NCBI GenBank assembly: GCA_951406725.2
Contig: OX597819.1
Coordinates: 86,428,001-86,492,000, forward strand
Origin: Octopus vulgaris
Taxonomy: Eukaryota
Direction of reading: 5' to 3'
Length of the DNA stretch: 64,000 nucleotides
The notes under the pieces were generated by a model. That model did not search any database, had not been told where the DNA came from, and saw only the letters and a program-made list of their open reading frames with translations. Numbering within the stretch: position 1 is the stretch's first letter; each line of letters begins with the position of its first letter. Both the position numbers and the translations under genes were made by a program. Below, piece after piece: positions 1 through 14,362 of this stretch.

Positions 1-257
1 ATATCTTAATTATGTAACTGCTGAATTAATGATGTTTATTTCCAATGAAACAGATGTTGAACACCATAAAATTATGATATATCTGTGAAATTTATAATTT
101 CCTGTTTCCTATTCTAAATATGTATTACTCTTATAGATTAGCTTAGATGATTATATTTACTGTAACTTGATAACATACTGAATTTAACAACCTATTATTG
201 AGCTTCGAACAACTATGGGTATATTTTTTGATGTTTTAAATATAATCTCTCTATATA

Positions 258-291
<34 letters not shown>

Positions 292-726
292 TATATGTAT
301 ATAAAGAATAACGTCAGGATATGTGAGAGGTGTATGTAGATTTATTAATCCATATGACTTCTATATGACTGTAACTGTTTGTCACCTTCATCATGTAGTA
401 TTAATTTCAGTATGCAAATAAATCTTATGCATATGTTAGCATCAATATGTATAATAAGCATTATATAATACAATTGTGTATTCACAAGTTAATGCATATA
501 AAAGAAAGCTAACTCATTGGATTACCAGCACATCATATATGTGTGGTTCAACTATATGTGTGTATGTATATATTAATGTTTGCATTTATTTTCAGTTATA
601 ATGAAAACAGTTTTACATTAATCTGATGGATTACTCCATACTTATGTAGAGTACAAACTTATTCTCAAACAAGAGTATTTATTGACAGTGACTTCAAAGT
701 TTTGGCCAGCTAATCTGTTGTCAAGT

Positions 727-1037
727 GGAGGCGCAATGGCCCAGTGGTTAGGGCAGTGGACTCACGGTCAGAGGATCGCGGTTTCGATTTCCAGACCGAG
801 CGTTGTGAGTGTTTATTGAGCGAAAACACCTAAGCTCCACGAGGCTCCGGCAGGGGGTGGTGGCAACCCCTGTTGAATTCTTTCGTCTCAACTTTCTCTC
901 ACTCTTTCTTCTTGCTTCTTGAGTAACACTGTGATGGACTGGCACCCTGCCCAGCTGTGGGGAACACATATGCCACAGAAACTGGGAAACCGGGCCCATG
1001 AGCCTAGCTAGGCTTGAAAAGGGGACATATAAAAAAA
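727..1037 (+). mobile_element. tRNA-derived SINE
   Basis: tRNA-like head with A box (tggcccagtggttag) and B box (ggtttcgatttcc), a GC-richer body and an A-rich tail. Confidence 0.75.
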
Positions 1038-1059
1038 ATGTTGTCAGATAGTGATGCAT

Positions 1060-2450
1060 TGAAGTTAATCTTGGTTTTACATAGTTTCTGTTGAGTGAAA
1101 ACCTTCCTTGGTTATTTGGGTTTGAGTGAGTGGTAATTAGGTTGTAAGGTATGTTGTGATAGAGAAGTGCTTTAAATCTGGGGTTACGTCATTGTTTAGA
1201 ATTTATTCATGTAAGTAGGGCCCTTTCAGCTGATGAAATTATTTTTTAGGGGTTCACAAAAAGGATGTAGGTAGGTGTAGGTTGTGCCAGTAGTTTTAGT
1301 TATTTTTGGATTTACTGGATTTAATCCTTTGCTTTGACAATGTAAAGGTCAAAGGTTTAAAGTTTAGTTCAAAAACTTACTAACTGGGGTGTCAAATTTT
1401 TGTAATGGAATTTTTTTAAGGGTTCATGAAAAAATGTAAGCATGTGATAAATTTTAACTAGTGAGCGATTTTTTAAAACTTTTTATTGTTATTTAGGCTA
1501 TTTCCTGTCTATATCTGGAAGACAGGAGTTATTAGTTGGGTATGTCATGGTGCTGCTAGTATAGAAATTTGTTTCTATTATGCTTTGATATCCACCAACG
1601 GATGTGGTAGGTGTAAAAGTTGTAGGTTAGTATGCTTCTCTCTAGGGATTTGTTCTATAAGCAATTTAATTAATATGTAGAAATTTTAAGCTTTGTGATT
1701 TATGGAGGTAGAGTTTGTGGGTTATGTACTTATAAATATTTCTTCAATTCTGTTTCAAATATGGGTATTTTATAGAATATTTTTGTAGGCCTATGGATAT
1801 ATGCAAAAGCGGGCTGTTATGACAGGTATATACTCATACATAAAAATGAGAATAAACATAGAAATTGATTTAAAAATTAAAAATTAGAAATAAAAATATA
1901 AAAATGGGGAAATAATAAGGTCTTTTAACCTGCATATATATGGCTATGTGTGTGTATGTAGGTTTGTGGACTTCTATTAGAAAATCTTGTGATTTTGGTT
2001 AGAGACAGGGAAACTTTAAGATAATTTCTACAGCATTTGTTTAGCGTAAAGCTGTAAAAATGTTTTTTATGGTTATTATGGGGATAGTTTATAATGTATA
2101 TGAAAGGAGAATAGTTTGTGAAATATTTACAAGTTCAGCTGTAAGAAAAAATTATTGGTTTGAAATGTTCAAATATTTTTAGGATTTTGTGCTTGCATGA
2201 AGGGATTAGTTAAGAGTCTTGGCTCAGACTTTGGTTCTTAACACAAAGTTGGCAGGGTTTGTTGCTACCTTGGTATGGTTGTTATATGAGAGTATTTTCC
2301 AATTGATGTATTTTTTATTTTGATCTTCATATATGTTTGAAGAGTGATATATCATTTTTCCTGTTTGGATTGTGAGATGTGTGCTTGAATTGGTAATAAT
2401 TTTAGCATCAATACAGGGAATTGCTTAAATACAAAGGGAAAGAATGAACA
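1060..2450 (-). mobile_element. Highly decayed retroelement remnant, possibly Penelope-like RT
   Basis: Strongly strand-skewed (T/G-rich on +). Only fragmentary minus-strand peptides resembling PLE RT segments (e.g. PVITAR, GTTYTYL), with many stops. Confidence 0.3.
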
Positions 2451-2863
2451 AAGTTAGAAAGTTACAAAGCCAAAATGAAATGAAATGTTAAGGAAGTTAG
2501 GTATGTAAACTTAAGATGACCTCAGTGGACATTGAAGAAATAGATAAAAGTTATCTAAGTTTATATAGCAAATTGGAAACATATATTTCACCTCAGTTTT
2601 CTATCTTTCTAACCCTCCTTGTATTTATGTAGTTCCCTGTACTGATGCTAAAATTTCACTTCTTGTTTGATTTCCACAAGTGTGGGTTACCTTGAAAAAA
2701 TTATGATAGTATACATTTTTGGATACATTTGGTATCACACCCAATTCAATATGGGTCAGTCAGTACATTATACTATTGAATTATTATATCAAAGATGCTT
2801 ACATAATAGAGATGCATGTTGGATTTTTGTATGCTATAATTCTGTATTAAAGATGAGTTATAT

Positions 2864-2924
<61 letters not shown>

Positions 2925-3120
2925 CCTTCTGTCTGAGTCATGATAGATTGTTAGCCACTACACACATTTTTTTCTCTCCTTGTTTTTTTCTGTGTCCCTT
3001 TCTGTAGAAGAGCATAGGCTCGTAACGTAAAAGACTTTTACTATTCCTGAGCATTATACTAATACATCTGTTTGTTTTGTACACCACCTGTCTTTGTCTT
3101 TTGTTTTTTTCGTAAACTCT

Positions 3121-3156
<36 letters not shown>

Positions 3157-3654
3157 GTTCTCATTCATTCAATGAAGATTGCTTTTATCCCAAACTCTGA
3201 CTGCATTTCAAAAACTTTGAAGAGTTTGCAACAAACCCTTTGAATCAGAACTGTACACACTTCAAATTCATGTTGCACTTCTGGAAAGCCCAGTAAGAAA
3301 TGCCTACTTTACTATCATTGGAGCTTATATGATTATTCATTGCATACTTCAATTTTTTCTTATATTATAAATCTTTTAACCTTATCGTTCACTCAAATCA
3401 GTTGCAAACCTATGTTCAGAAAGCTAAAGAAAAACAGTTTAACTCATTGATGCTCCATGCTATCAAATGAAACACTCACAATTTTTATGCAGATGAATAT
3501 CATAAAAGATTTGCAGTAGTTTCTATGGATGATATTCTTTTTCTTGAGAAAAACTAAACAAGCAGTTTCCTAGATTGCTTGCGAAAGGATTTGTGCTTTA
3601 TAAAACACAAACTGGTCGTTTCATGATAAAGATTTTAATTCATGAGTTATCTAT

Positions 3655-4015
3655 ATTTATCATTGAACTGTGGCCATGCTGTGGCACAACCATTAAGTGT
3701 TAAGGTAAACAAATTGAGCATGGTAATTAGTTTTCTTTTAGAGTTTGATACTTATTCTATCAGTTTCTCTTGGCAAACAGTTACATTATGGGGATATAAA
3801 CAACCCAACACATTGTCAAATGGTGGGGTACACACACAGACAGCCAGGCACACACATGACAGGTTTCCACACAGTTTTGGTCCATTAATTTTGCTCACAA
3901 GGCATTGGTCAGCCTGGGGCTATAGTAGAAGACATTTGGACAAAGTGCTGCACAGTAGGACCAAACCTGAAACCATGTGGTTGCAAACAAACTTCTTAAC
4001 CACACAGCATACACC
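3655..4015 (-). mobile_element. tRNA-derived SINE, diverged copy of the 60640-61093 family
   Basis: Shares ctgtggccatgctg, ggctatagtagaagac and aaccatgtggttg...ttaaccacacagc blocks with the other copies. Confidence 0.7.
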
Positions 4016-5972
4016 TATATCTAATGTTCATGAATAAAATATGGATGAAATGTAGCAAGTAATTACATCATAGAACAACCATCTCACAACACACAATGCT
4101 GTTAAATTCATTCTAGATTTATGTTATGAAGTTTCAAAAATTCTTGTTGCACAGCTGAGACCTGATCACTGACACAGTCCCACTGCAACACTGTGTCAGA
4201 CAAGGTTGTAGTTACATAACAAAAGTCTGACACCTCATGAATTAAATTTCAACTTAAACTTAATTTAACACTTTTATGCATAATGAAATGGCTCTTGAAT
4301 AATACAGTTGTTTCAGTTTTGAAACATAGTCTCAGATCATTTTACTTGCTACATAAGTACAATTTCAAAATATAGCAGTTTATTAACCAGCTTAAAACCA
4401 TTGTCTTTTTTATGATATCAAAGGTAAATCTTAGCATTCAGTGAATTCTTTTACATGGTTTTTCCAGTAGAAATTTTCAGTCCAGTCCACCTTTGAATAT
4501 ACTATCCTTTTTTGCACTGGATGCTCTAAATACTGCTTCACAACTAGTTTACCATAAGATACTAATAAAATAGAATAGTGAATCAGGATTGACATGTATT
4601 CCCAAAGTACATCCCTAATTTAATTTATGACATATGATAAATATAATTTCACTGAAAAAAAAAAGAAGTAAATAAATAAATGACTAAAATGGACAACCAG
4701 AAAACTAATTGCTAAAAGAATAATTTAAAAAGAAAAGCAAGAAAAAACGCAAAATGAGAGGTAACTTATAACAAAGATCATAGTATTACTTGGAGGGTTG
4801 AGTGGAATAGTATAAAAGTAGCAATTAGTGAAGAATGAAAATGTTAAGAGGAAAAGTATGAGCAGGCATTAATGGGATTTATTAAGCTGCTTGATGAACA
4901 AAATGTGCAGGGAACAGATAGAAATATGATCATATTAGGAATGCTAGAATAAGCATGGAGCAAGTGAATTCTTAGCAATCATTTAAGGGGCCTCATTTGA
5001 ATAGGCACAATTGAATTAGCAATGTGTAATGAGCTTCAAATGAAGAGGCTTCAAATCATTCTATAGCATAATTAGTTAGGAGTGGAACATATTAATTCTA
5101 TTTATTTATTTTTGCTTATATTTTTCTACAGTACATTTCATAATGGGTCTTTTTATCAACCTGAAATATAAGCTACCAGTTGTATTGAGCCTCTATATGG
5201 TTGCTCAAGTGGCTAGCAATGATAGCCAAATCTCACTCAACTTCTTTCCTACTGGATTAAAAACAGAAATTACGCAACAAATACCATAGTCCTACATCAC
5301 TGTCTAAAATAAAAGTGGAATGGTTACAGCTGGACTGCCTTTAGTTATAGGTCAGCTCATTCAGAGTGAACCAAAGCTTAAACAAAAACAACAACAACTG
5401 CAAGACGGCCATGTTAAACTACACAATGAAATCTCACTGAAATTCTTGGAACTTGAAAAAACCTCAAATGAAGCACATTTGTTGTTAGTTGTATAGTACA
5501 TCTATAAATAAAAATAAGTCACTTTGTTAATCAGTACAACAGCTGTAGGTATGTTATAAATCCCCCCTTAAAGACATTTCAATGAAGTCATACAATAAAA
5601 ATAACATTTATTATGAAACCAGTACCAACAGAATTTACCAATAATATATGTAAGAAAGTGATCTGTAGAATTACAGAAATACTTTATAACTAGAGCTGCT
5701 TCAGAACTTCTCAGATTCATTTTCAAAACATGCTGTACAAGAACTTCTTTCTTCGTTTCACAAGAGTTGACAAAACAAGTACTAGTAACACCTACAGCTA
5801 TACTTATGTAAAAGTCAATGTAAAGAAATGAATGTTGTTAATAAATATATCCTTGTTTCATTTCTCAAACTGTTTCTTCTTCTCAGACAAGAGGTCACTC
5901 CCATAACATGAAATTCTTCTCTCACAATATACAAACAGCATCAAAAAACTTATGTACTCCACTACAATTTTT

Positions 5973-6345
5973 ACAGGCATGGCTGTGTGGTAAGAAGCTT
6001 GCTTCCCAGCCATATGGCCCTGAGTTCAGTCCCACTGCATGGCATCTTGTACAAGTGTCTTTCACTATAGCCTTGAGTTGACCAATACCTTGTGAGTAGT
6101 TTGGTAGATGGAAACTGAAAGAAGCCTGTCATATATATATGTGTGTGTGTGTGTCCATGTTTGTCTCTCACCACTGCATGACAACTGTTGTTGGTGTGTT
6201 TATGTCCACATAACTTAGTGGTTTGGCAAAAGAGACCAATAGATTAAGTACCAGGCGTCCTGGAGTTGATTTGTTTGACTAAAAAAACCTATCAGGGTGG
6301 TGCCCCAGCATGGCCACAGTCAAATGACAGAAATAAAAGATAAAC
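5973..6345 (+). mobile_element. tRNA-derived SINE (60640-61093 family)
   Basis: A box tggctgtgtggtaag, B box gagttcagtccc, central (TA)(TG) microsatellite, tail gccccagcatggccacagtcaaatgac. Confidence 0.8.
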
Positions 6346-7133
6346 ACATCAGTCAGTTTTCTCAGACTCATTTTCTTTTTGTTTTTATGTAAAAGAAAGG
6401 GCCAACAAATTATTCTTTAGAATCAGTAGAATTCACGAACAATATGATTAAGCTATTTTACACATTGTCATACAAAAACCTTAAAACAAAATATAAAATC
6501 AATGATGCTACTCTGTAATTTATCGAACTGATAGTAAACTAAAAGAAAATAGAGAAGGAAATTTCAATTTTATTTATTGTCGTTTCCCCGAGGCTATTAT
6601 GGTGTGTTCTGATGATACAGGCAGTTGAATAACTACATATTATTGTGATGGATAAAAACTACGACTCAGATCTTTTACACAACACAAGCAGACCAATTTA
6701 TATAGAGCAAAAAAATATTTCAAGAAACTTATTACAATACTACAATAGCTACTATAACTACAAATACTACTAGAATGATAATGAGATGATCATAATAATA
6801 TATGAGGGGGAAGATGGCAAAAATGATTAAAATGGTTACGGAAAAAAAAAATCATTTTTTAACTATATTTACTTCTTATCAATTAAATAAAAAAGTAATA
6901 ATCAGATTTGATTTTAAAATAACTTAAGCCAATGAATGAAGAAATGAAATGTATATGAAATATTAATATAATGAAAACTGCCAGATAATTTGAAACTGAT
7001 TTTTTATTGATAGCTTCTATAAAATCTTATGATATTAATGAAAACCAAATCAGACACTATTGTTTATTTAACAGACCAAAAGAAAATATCAGAAAATAAA
7101 TGGCAGCACTCCTAGTGTCTGTGTATGGGTATA

Positions 7134-7208
<75 letters not shown>

Positions 7209-7212
7209 GTGC

Positions 7213-7245
<33 letters not shown>

Positions 7246-7394
7246 CATATATATATATTATAAGAAACAGGAAGCAAATTCCATTATTTATACCTATGAT
7301 TGAAGTAAATATTTTCACAACTGTTTGTTTATACCTCATCATTTGCTTCCTGATTGTAAAATTGCCAACAAAAATTAATTTCATATACATCATC

Positions 7395-9435
7395 AACATC
7401 ATCATCATTGTTAAATATCCATCTACCATGTATGCATGGGTAGGACAGTTGAAAGGAGCTGGCCAGGTAGAAAATCTACCTAAGGCTACTGCATCTGTTT
7501 TGGCAGGGATTTTACAGCCGGATGCCCTTCCTAACACCAACCGCTTTGCAGAGTGAACTCAGTGCTTTTGATGTGGCACTAGCACAGGCGAAGTTAGTTT
7601 TGACAAGATTTTTACAGCTGGATGCTGTTCCAGACGCCAACCAAGTAACTCACAAGACAAGGAATTATGAGGGGGGTGGGGGTGGCAGGGCATTTGTCTC
7701 AGAGGATGAAAGGTTAGAGTATGACAAAGAGACAGAAGCAGGTGTCTTGCCACAACAGAGTGGGCATTAGAGGAAGTGATCCAGTATTAAGTGATGAAAG
7801 GTTAGAGTGTAACAGAGAAATAGAGAGGCAATAGAGGAGGTACATGGTGAGAGAGGGGCCAGAAACAAGTGTGCTGATGTAAAGGCAATACTTGGTTACC
7901 TAGTCAGAGAAAAAACAAGAGGAGAAAGAGAGTAGGAAACAGCAAAAATGTAAGAGAGAGCAGAAGAGAGATGGTGTAGTGCTAGGGTATACTTACAAGT
8001 GATAAGAATAAGAGCATAGAATCTGGTTAGAAAAATAGGTGGTGTGTGTGAGTGGTGGGGAGCAGTGATACAGTGAGCATGACAGTAAGGGAAAGAAAGA
8101 GGACTGGAAAACAATCATAATGCATGAGGAGGAAATGTGGGGAAGAGAAAGATATAGTTAGAAGAGGAATTATAGTTTGATTTCTTAGGGTAGAGTGGGT
8201 GAAAAGTGTGTTGTTACATGTGGGTGGGACACAACTCTTCTAGCACTTAGTTTTGTGGATGGGTCTTCTCAAGGATCTCATTTCGCCAAACACCTCACTC
8301 TACTGTCATTTCCTCTATGAGCCCCAACATCCAAAGATCAGTCCTTGTCACTTCATCCCATGCCTTCCTGGTCTCTCTGTTCCTCTCTATTCCACAGCTA
8401 CCATCCACTTTCAGTGACAGGCACTTCTGTATACAGATGTCCTCATTCATATGCATCACATGTCCAAACCAACGCAGTCTCCTCTCCTGCATACCACATT
8501 TAATCCATCTTATACCTAACTTTTCTCTCAACACAGTTGTGCTTTGTTGGTCATGCACACTGGTGTTGCAAATCCAACAGAGCATATTACCTTCATTCCT
8601 CTCCAGTCTATGCATGTCCTCTGCAGCCAGAGCCCATGTCTCACTACCATCTAACATAGCTGTTCTCGCACAGGCATCATACAACCTACTTTACACTCTG
8701 AGAGAGAATCCTTTTGCTGCCAACAGAGGTAGTGGTTCTCTGAACATCCTCTTCCCTATTCTTATTAAAAAAAAACAATACTTTCAGAGCATCCACCACC
8801 ATTACTAATTTATTCATCTAAATAGCAGAAACTATCTACTACCTCAAGAGAGCCTCCTGAGCATTTGAGAGTATTTAAGTCCCTCATGCTCTTAGTACTT
8901 ACTGTTCCTGCGCATCTGCCACACATGAAAGCAACCTTATATGATAATCTTCCCACAATTCCACTGTATCTCTTATGTGTCCATAGGTTACACTTGTTGC
9001 AGCAAATGGAATTACATCACAGTCTTTTCCTACATATTGAACAGGGCCATTTCCCAGCCAAAATGAGAGTCTTATCTCCTTTCTTGCTAACAATAACTTT
9101 AGTCTAAGCTAAGTTAACTTAAAGGCCCTTTGATTCCTGGTTTTGCTCCCAAACCTGGAACTTCTCCAATTCTGCTTCAGATTCAGTAATAAGAGCAAGA
9201 TCATCAGCATATAGTAGTTCACATGGGCATCCAGTTTTGAATCCATCTGGAGAACTATGATGAATAAGACAGGACTAAGAACAGATCCCTGGCATGGCTT
9301 GAGCTGTCCTAACAAGCCACTCCTCTACTCCTAGCGTCCTTAGAGACCACCAAATATGAGAGCGGGGAACCCTGTCGAATGCTTTCTCCAGGTCATCAAA
9401 GGCTAAATATAATGGCTTACTTTTGGCCAAATACT
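7395..9435 (-). mobile_element. Decayed RTE LINE fragment (RT and C-terminal region 8270-9435; 3' tail 7395-7650)
   Basis: Minus-strand peptides YDACARTAMLDGSETWALAAEDMHRLERNE, QERRLRWFGHV and QGSVLSPVLFIIVLQ are homologous to the ORF at 45549-48623. The tail block gatgcccttcctaacaccaacc and (atc)n match the RTE 3' end. Confidence 0.85.
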
Positions 9436-9899
9436 TATATACTCACACACATATATGTTCCATGAGTTAGGGAATAGATATACCAACCATTTTTGAAATT
9501 ATGATTATATATGTTCAGGGAAAATAATGAGAATCAATTTTGTATTACTTGCTTAGCTTTTGTATTCCTTTGGATTCATTTTCCAGGTGATATATAAAAT
9601 ACTAGCATCAATTTCACTTTTGAAATATACTTCAGCTCACATGTTGATTGTATTATACATGCTAACATTAAAACAAACTCCCAATATATCTATGATTTCT
9701 GAAAGTACCATGATCACGTAATTGAATTAATGGTGAAATTTCTTCCACAAAAAAGCAGGGAAAGCCTCATTAATAGAATCCGAGGAAACTGTTGGTGATT
9801 TCCGTCAGCAAAGACTGTACAACAAACTTTGAGTTTGGATAATATTTTAAATAACGTAAATTAAAATTTTCTTTGATTTTGGCAAATTATTTGATTTCT

Positions 9900-10850
9900 T
9901 TTTGTCATTAATTTTAAACTTAAGATGAAAGTGACATAGTTTGGAAGTTTCCATTGCTCTTGTGAATGTCCAACTGACACAGATTGATATCTATACAACA
10001 TACATTCCTGCAGTCGATACAGATGGAGCTTGTGGAAGTTCTGTATTTTCAGTTTGCTCTCTTAACAGAATCAGTTCCTCATTAGATAAACTTCCTCTAT
10101 AGGATACTAATCAGTCAACCACATTATTTTATATGACTTCTTCAAACCGTATGCCATGTCACAATACATTTCTAATTTTGATATAGACTTTCTGCTTATG
10201 GAAAACTCTTAAAGTCATGGAGATAATCTGGCTATATATTTTGGCAAACATCATTCAAATTTGAGAGGTTCACTTCATCCCATGACTAGGTATGTCATTC
10301 ACAGCACCCATTATGCTGAACTTTGATTAGATGTCACCTAAATGTAGATTTATCCTCTCTGTCAATTACATTTCTAAGTTGTTTGAAAGTTTTTCTCAGA
10401 TGATATGACTTCAAATTAGCTATCACACTGTGGTTCATTGGCTGGAGCAAAGAAGTTGTATTCTTGATGATATATTCTACACTCACATTACCAGAAAACT
10501 AGTTTAAGTTTATTGGGTGGTTAAGTGAATTGTCTAAATATAGAATGCTTTTATGGAAATATTACATCTGGCACTAAACCTTTCAAAAGCAGGACTTGAG
10601 TTTTGCTTGATGAGCATATTATGGTACTCTTTTGTTGAAAGGTAACATAGCAAATTTATTGTAAGCTCAAAGTCATAGTTAAACAAATACACCTAATAAT
10701 TCCTAATGAGTTAAAATCTAGAATCTGGTGATTATCTGTAATGGCAACATTACAGATAATGCAAGAGTTTAGTTTATTTAAAGTCTGTGGAGAGTGAATA
10801 ATCTAATGTTTTGGGCCATTATTCTTTATCTGAAAATGAAGAAGGTAGCA
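9900..10850 (-). mobile_element. Decayed pogo/Tigger-like DDE transposase remnant
   Basis: Minus strand near 10390-10460 reads NTTSLLQPMNHSVIANLKSYHLRK, resembling the pogo/Tigger NTTSLLQPMDQGVI motif. Boundaries are approximate. Confidence 0.6.
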
Positions 10851-11943
10851 AAATTGGCATTGTTGTGTGGGCAAGTAAATGACAAAATAAATAAATAAAA
10901 AGTTGAAGTGAAAGGGTGAAGAGTAGGGAGATATTTTTATGATTTATTGCAACCATGCAAAAGAAAGGTTTTAAGTTTTCAAAAACAAAAGTTATAAACA
11001 GAACGTTAAAATTTAAAACGAGTGAGATATTAAAAAAAAGGTTAAACAAACTAGTGAACCAACTGACAAGTAGACAAGGAAGGTGACTGAGAATAGTAAA
11101 ACACTTAATGCTTGACATTAGACAACATAGCATTGTCACTATGTCTATCACTCAGTGAGTTATTCACAGAAAACTATTCAAGAGCTATAGATAAACGGCT
11201 TGGATAGACAACTTCAAGTAATAAAACAAGCGACTCACTCATAGATCTGATATGAAGATGTGATGATCAAGACTAATCGGAAATCTTGATTATTCCTCCT
11301 TATGAATTTGGTTATAAGTTGCTTTTAACAATACATTCTTGTAAAAGCAGCACCATTACATATTGATCAATTACTACTATTCTTCAAATACAAATTAATC
11401 CAAAGATTTTGAGAATCTTGACAGTCTAATTATATTAAGACATTTGAGACTCATATATCTGAGTGATTGAAATATTTATAACTAACATTGGGACATAACT
11501 AGAAAGTTTAAAGGTCAGTACAGCCAATTATATTAACCCAAGTACTTGACTGATACATTATGAAACAAAGTTTATCTCAGCAAAATTTAAATGTAAATAA
11601 CTTTTTATATCACAAGTAATTTAGTCTGATGTACTAAAAGGTGTTGCTTAACTAACACTCCAATGCTTCTTAATATTAAAACCAGTAAATCTTGGACTCA
11701 ACTAAATCAACTAAACCATAAATGTACAGATACATAAAGGTACAGTTGTGTAAGTTAACTGAAGAACTATTTTAAGATGAGCCAACAGAAATAATTGGGA
11801 ATGTTTTCGTAAATATTATACAGAAGTGTAGTTCTACAGACAATACGGAATTTGAGCCTCAGAGTACTGGTATTTTGGTGGGATAAAAGGCCAGGTTGGA
11901 AGGTGAGGAGAGAGAAGACTGAAAAAAAAATTGAGAAAACATT

Positions 11944-12166
11944 TTAACTCTTTTACATTCAGATTACTCTGTCAAATGCAATACTTATTTATTCATACTG
12001 CTATGAATTAATCATCCATTATCTTGTAGCATTAAGATTTCTATGATGTGATTGTTTATTTTTAGAATGACATTGTAAGGTAGGTCTGAGAGGCTAGATC
12101 TGGCTGGTTTGAACATAGAACAGATAGAATATTTAGGTCAGATATGGTCAGTTCAAATGCTAAAGT
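11944..12166. mobile_element. MITE family with TTAA-CC...GG-TTAA (piggyBac-like) ends; further copies at ~13814-14374, ~26740-26960, ~52760-52975 and ~56018-56232
   Basis: Recurrent ~220-bp unit (ttaac.ttttagcattcaga...tgctaaag) with inverted termini, found in both orientations. Confidence 0.65.
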
Positions 12167-12554
12167 GAAGGAAAATATTTTTATGTAAATAGGGCATTAA
12201 TTCAATGTATCAGCAGCAAACTTGATTCATTTTCTGTATATAAAGGAATGCAAGAAGCAACATACGAACAATTCAATTAACCAAGAAACAGCAGTAGGAC
12301 ATATTTTGCTTCAAGAGAAAAAGATTAAGGAAATAAAACAACATAAATTTAACTATACGATGGGGCAAGGAATGCATTGCAAATATGAAATAGAAGAATT
12401 AGATACACATAAATATGCGAAGTTTTATTTGATTGCTGTGAGCAAGCTGTAAATAACATACAATTATCTACATCTATTATAAAGCACATTCTACGGAAAT
12501 TTCATCAATATATACATAATTATAAGACATAGATTACATATAATGAATACTTAC

Positions 12555-12778
12555 TCTCTCTCCTCTTTCAAAGCTAATCTGTATTCTAGCTTTTCTCCTT
12601 TCCATTGGTTCAACTCTTTGTGCATAGAATCTAGATCTTCTTGAATGTAATCCATTATCTTACCCAATGGGTTTGCACTTTTTGTTAAACCTTGGATGCT
12701 TCCTTGCAACTTTAAAATCTTACTCTCAGTTAGTTCTCTCTGTCTTTGGTATGCAGTACTGGTCATCATAGAGTTCTC
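12555..12778 (-). CDS. TRAF3IP1: TRAF3IP1/IFT54 coding exon, 224 bp, C-terminal coiled coil
   Basis: Acceptor cttttcag, then ENSMMTSTAYQRQRELTESKILKLQGSIQGLTKSANPLGKIMDYIQEDLDSMHKELNQWKGEKLEYRLALKEER, then donor gtaagt. The 'KSAxPLGKIMDYIQED' motif is diagnostic of IFT54. Confidence 0.93.
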
Positions 12779-13309
12779 CTGAAAAGTTCACAATTCATAT
12801 CATAAAGAAGACATTTTATCAAGGTTGGTGATAAGTATAATAACAAGCAATTTTACTGTATCTATAGATGTACCAGGTTGAAATTTGGTTTGTAAATTCT
12901 TTGGTTATAAGCCACCAAATTCATCAAATAATTTAGCGGCTTGAAAAACAATTATTTTCCTTAGAAACAAATTTCAAGCTAATAACCTAATCTGTAGAGA
13001 TGAACCACATTTTAACAATATCAATGTCTACACATAATTTTAATCGGTTGATCTCTGATACTCATTAGGTGTCTTACTCCTGCATATACACATAGTTCCA
13101 GTGTGGATTCAACATAGAAACTTGTGTTACTAATCTAAGAGTGCATAAAACATTCTGAGCTATGAATAACAGGAATTTTACAAGCTTTAGTTTAGCAGTA
13201 CTGATTCTTAGTTCAAATCCAGTATGCACATCAGCTATAAGACACATGATGGTAATTACAGATGAAAATACTCAACACACTGTGTATATATTAAAGCAGT
13301 AGATTGACA

Positions 13310-13775
13310 TAATTGATAGAGCATCAGAAAAAAATGCCTTGTGATATTTCTTTCAGTTCAGTACATTCTGTTTTGAAATCCCACTGAAGTCAACTTTGCA
13401 TTTTACCCATCAGAGGTCAATAAAATAAAGTATCAGCCACGCACTGGGGCCAATGGTATTAACTAACCCTTTCCCTTCAAAACTGCCAGGCGTGTGTCTA
13501 GCTTAAATGTAATCAACATCTTAAATAAACATGCAGTTGATAATCCCAAAAGTTAGAGTCATAATTATATTTATTTCAAATTTTAGCACACGGCCAGCAA
13601 TTTGGGGAGAGGGGTTAAGTCAATTAAATTGACCCAAGTGCTCAACTGGTACTTATTTTGTTGACTCTGAAAGGATGAAATGCACAGTTAACCTCAGCAG
13701 GATTTGAACTCAGAAATGTGCAGATGGACAAAATGCCACTAAGCATTTTGCCTGGAGTGCTAACAATTCTGAGTT
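13310..13775. mobile_element. Inverted pair of a second SINE-like family (13310-13500 on +, 13575-13775 on -)
   Basis: The blocks gtcaactttgcattttacccatc...gtcaataaaataaagtatcag are approximately reverse-complementary to ctggtacttattttgttgac...ggatgaaatgcacagttaac. Other copies lie at ~25510-25650 and ~54830-54960. Confidence 0.6.
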
Positions 13776-14027
13776 AGGGTTATATTAATAACAACAACTA
13801 ATTTAAAACATTTAACCTTTTAGCATTCAGACTTCTCTGTTAAATGCAATACTTATTTATTCACATTGTTATTAATTAATCATGCATTAACTTTATTGCT
13901 ATGAGATTTTGATGATGTGATTATTTATTTTAAGAATAACATTGTAGCATAGGTGTGAGAGGCCAGATCTAACTGACTTGAACATAAAACGAGTAGAATA
14001 GTTTGACCAGATATCCTAAAGGGTTAT

Positions 14028-14362
14028 GAGACCCCCTTCGGTCATGACTGACTGTAGGATTGCACCTAGAAAGTTACCCTCCCAAGCACAAGTCCGGGCA
14101 AGGTTGTTTATGGAAGACCAGCAGTCACCCATGCATACCGGCCTCTCTTCTCCATGCTACCAGTGTTATCCAAGGGAAAGGCAACAGCAGATACAGCTTG
14201 GTACCTGTAACATTGCAACTCATTTCTACAGCTGGGTGAACTGGAGCAATGTGAAATAAAGTGCCTTGCTCAAGAAAACAACACGCAGCCCGGTCTGGGA
14301 TTCAAACTCACAACCTCACGATCGTAAGCTCGATGCTCTAACCACTGAGCCATATGCCTTCA
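14028..14362 (-). mobile_element. tRNA-derived SINE (32950-33297 family) inserted in a MITE end
   Basis: Reverse complement of the 32950 element, flanked by the direct repeat ctaaagggtta (~14017 and ~14363). Confidence 0.8.

Noticed and set aside
1-12554. Terminal IFT54 exon (expected EPLK…NI..NE.KI motif)
   Set aside because: Not found by eye in this interval. It probably lies beyond the left edge of the window.
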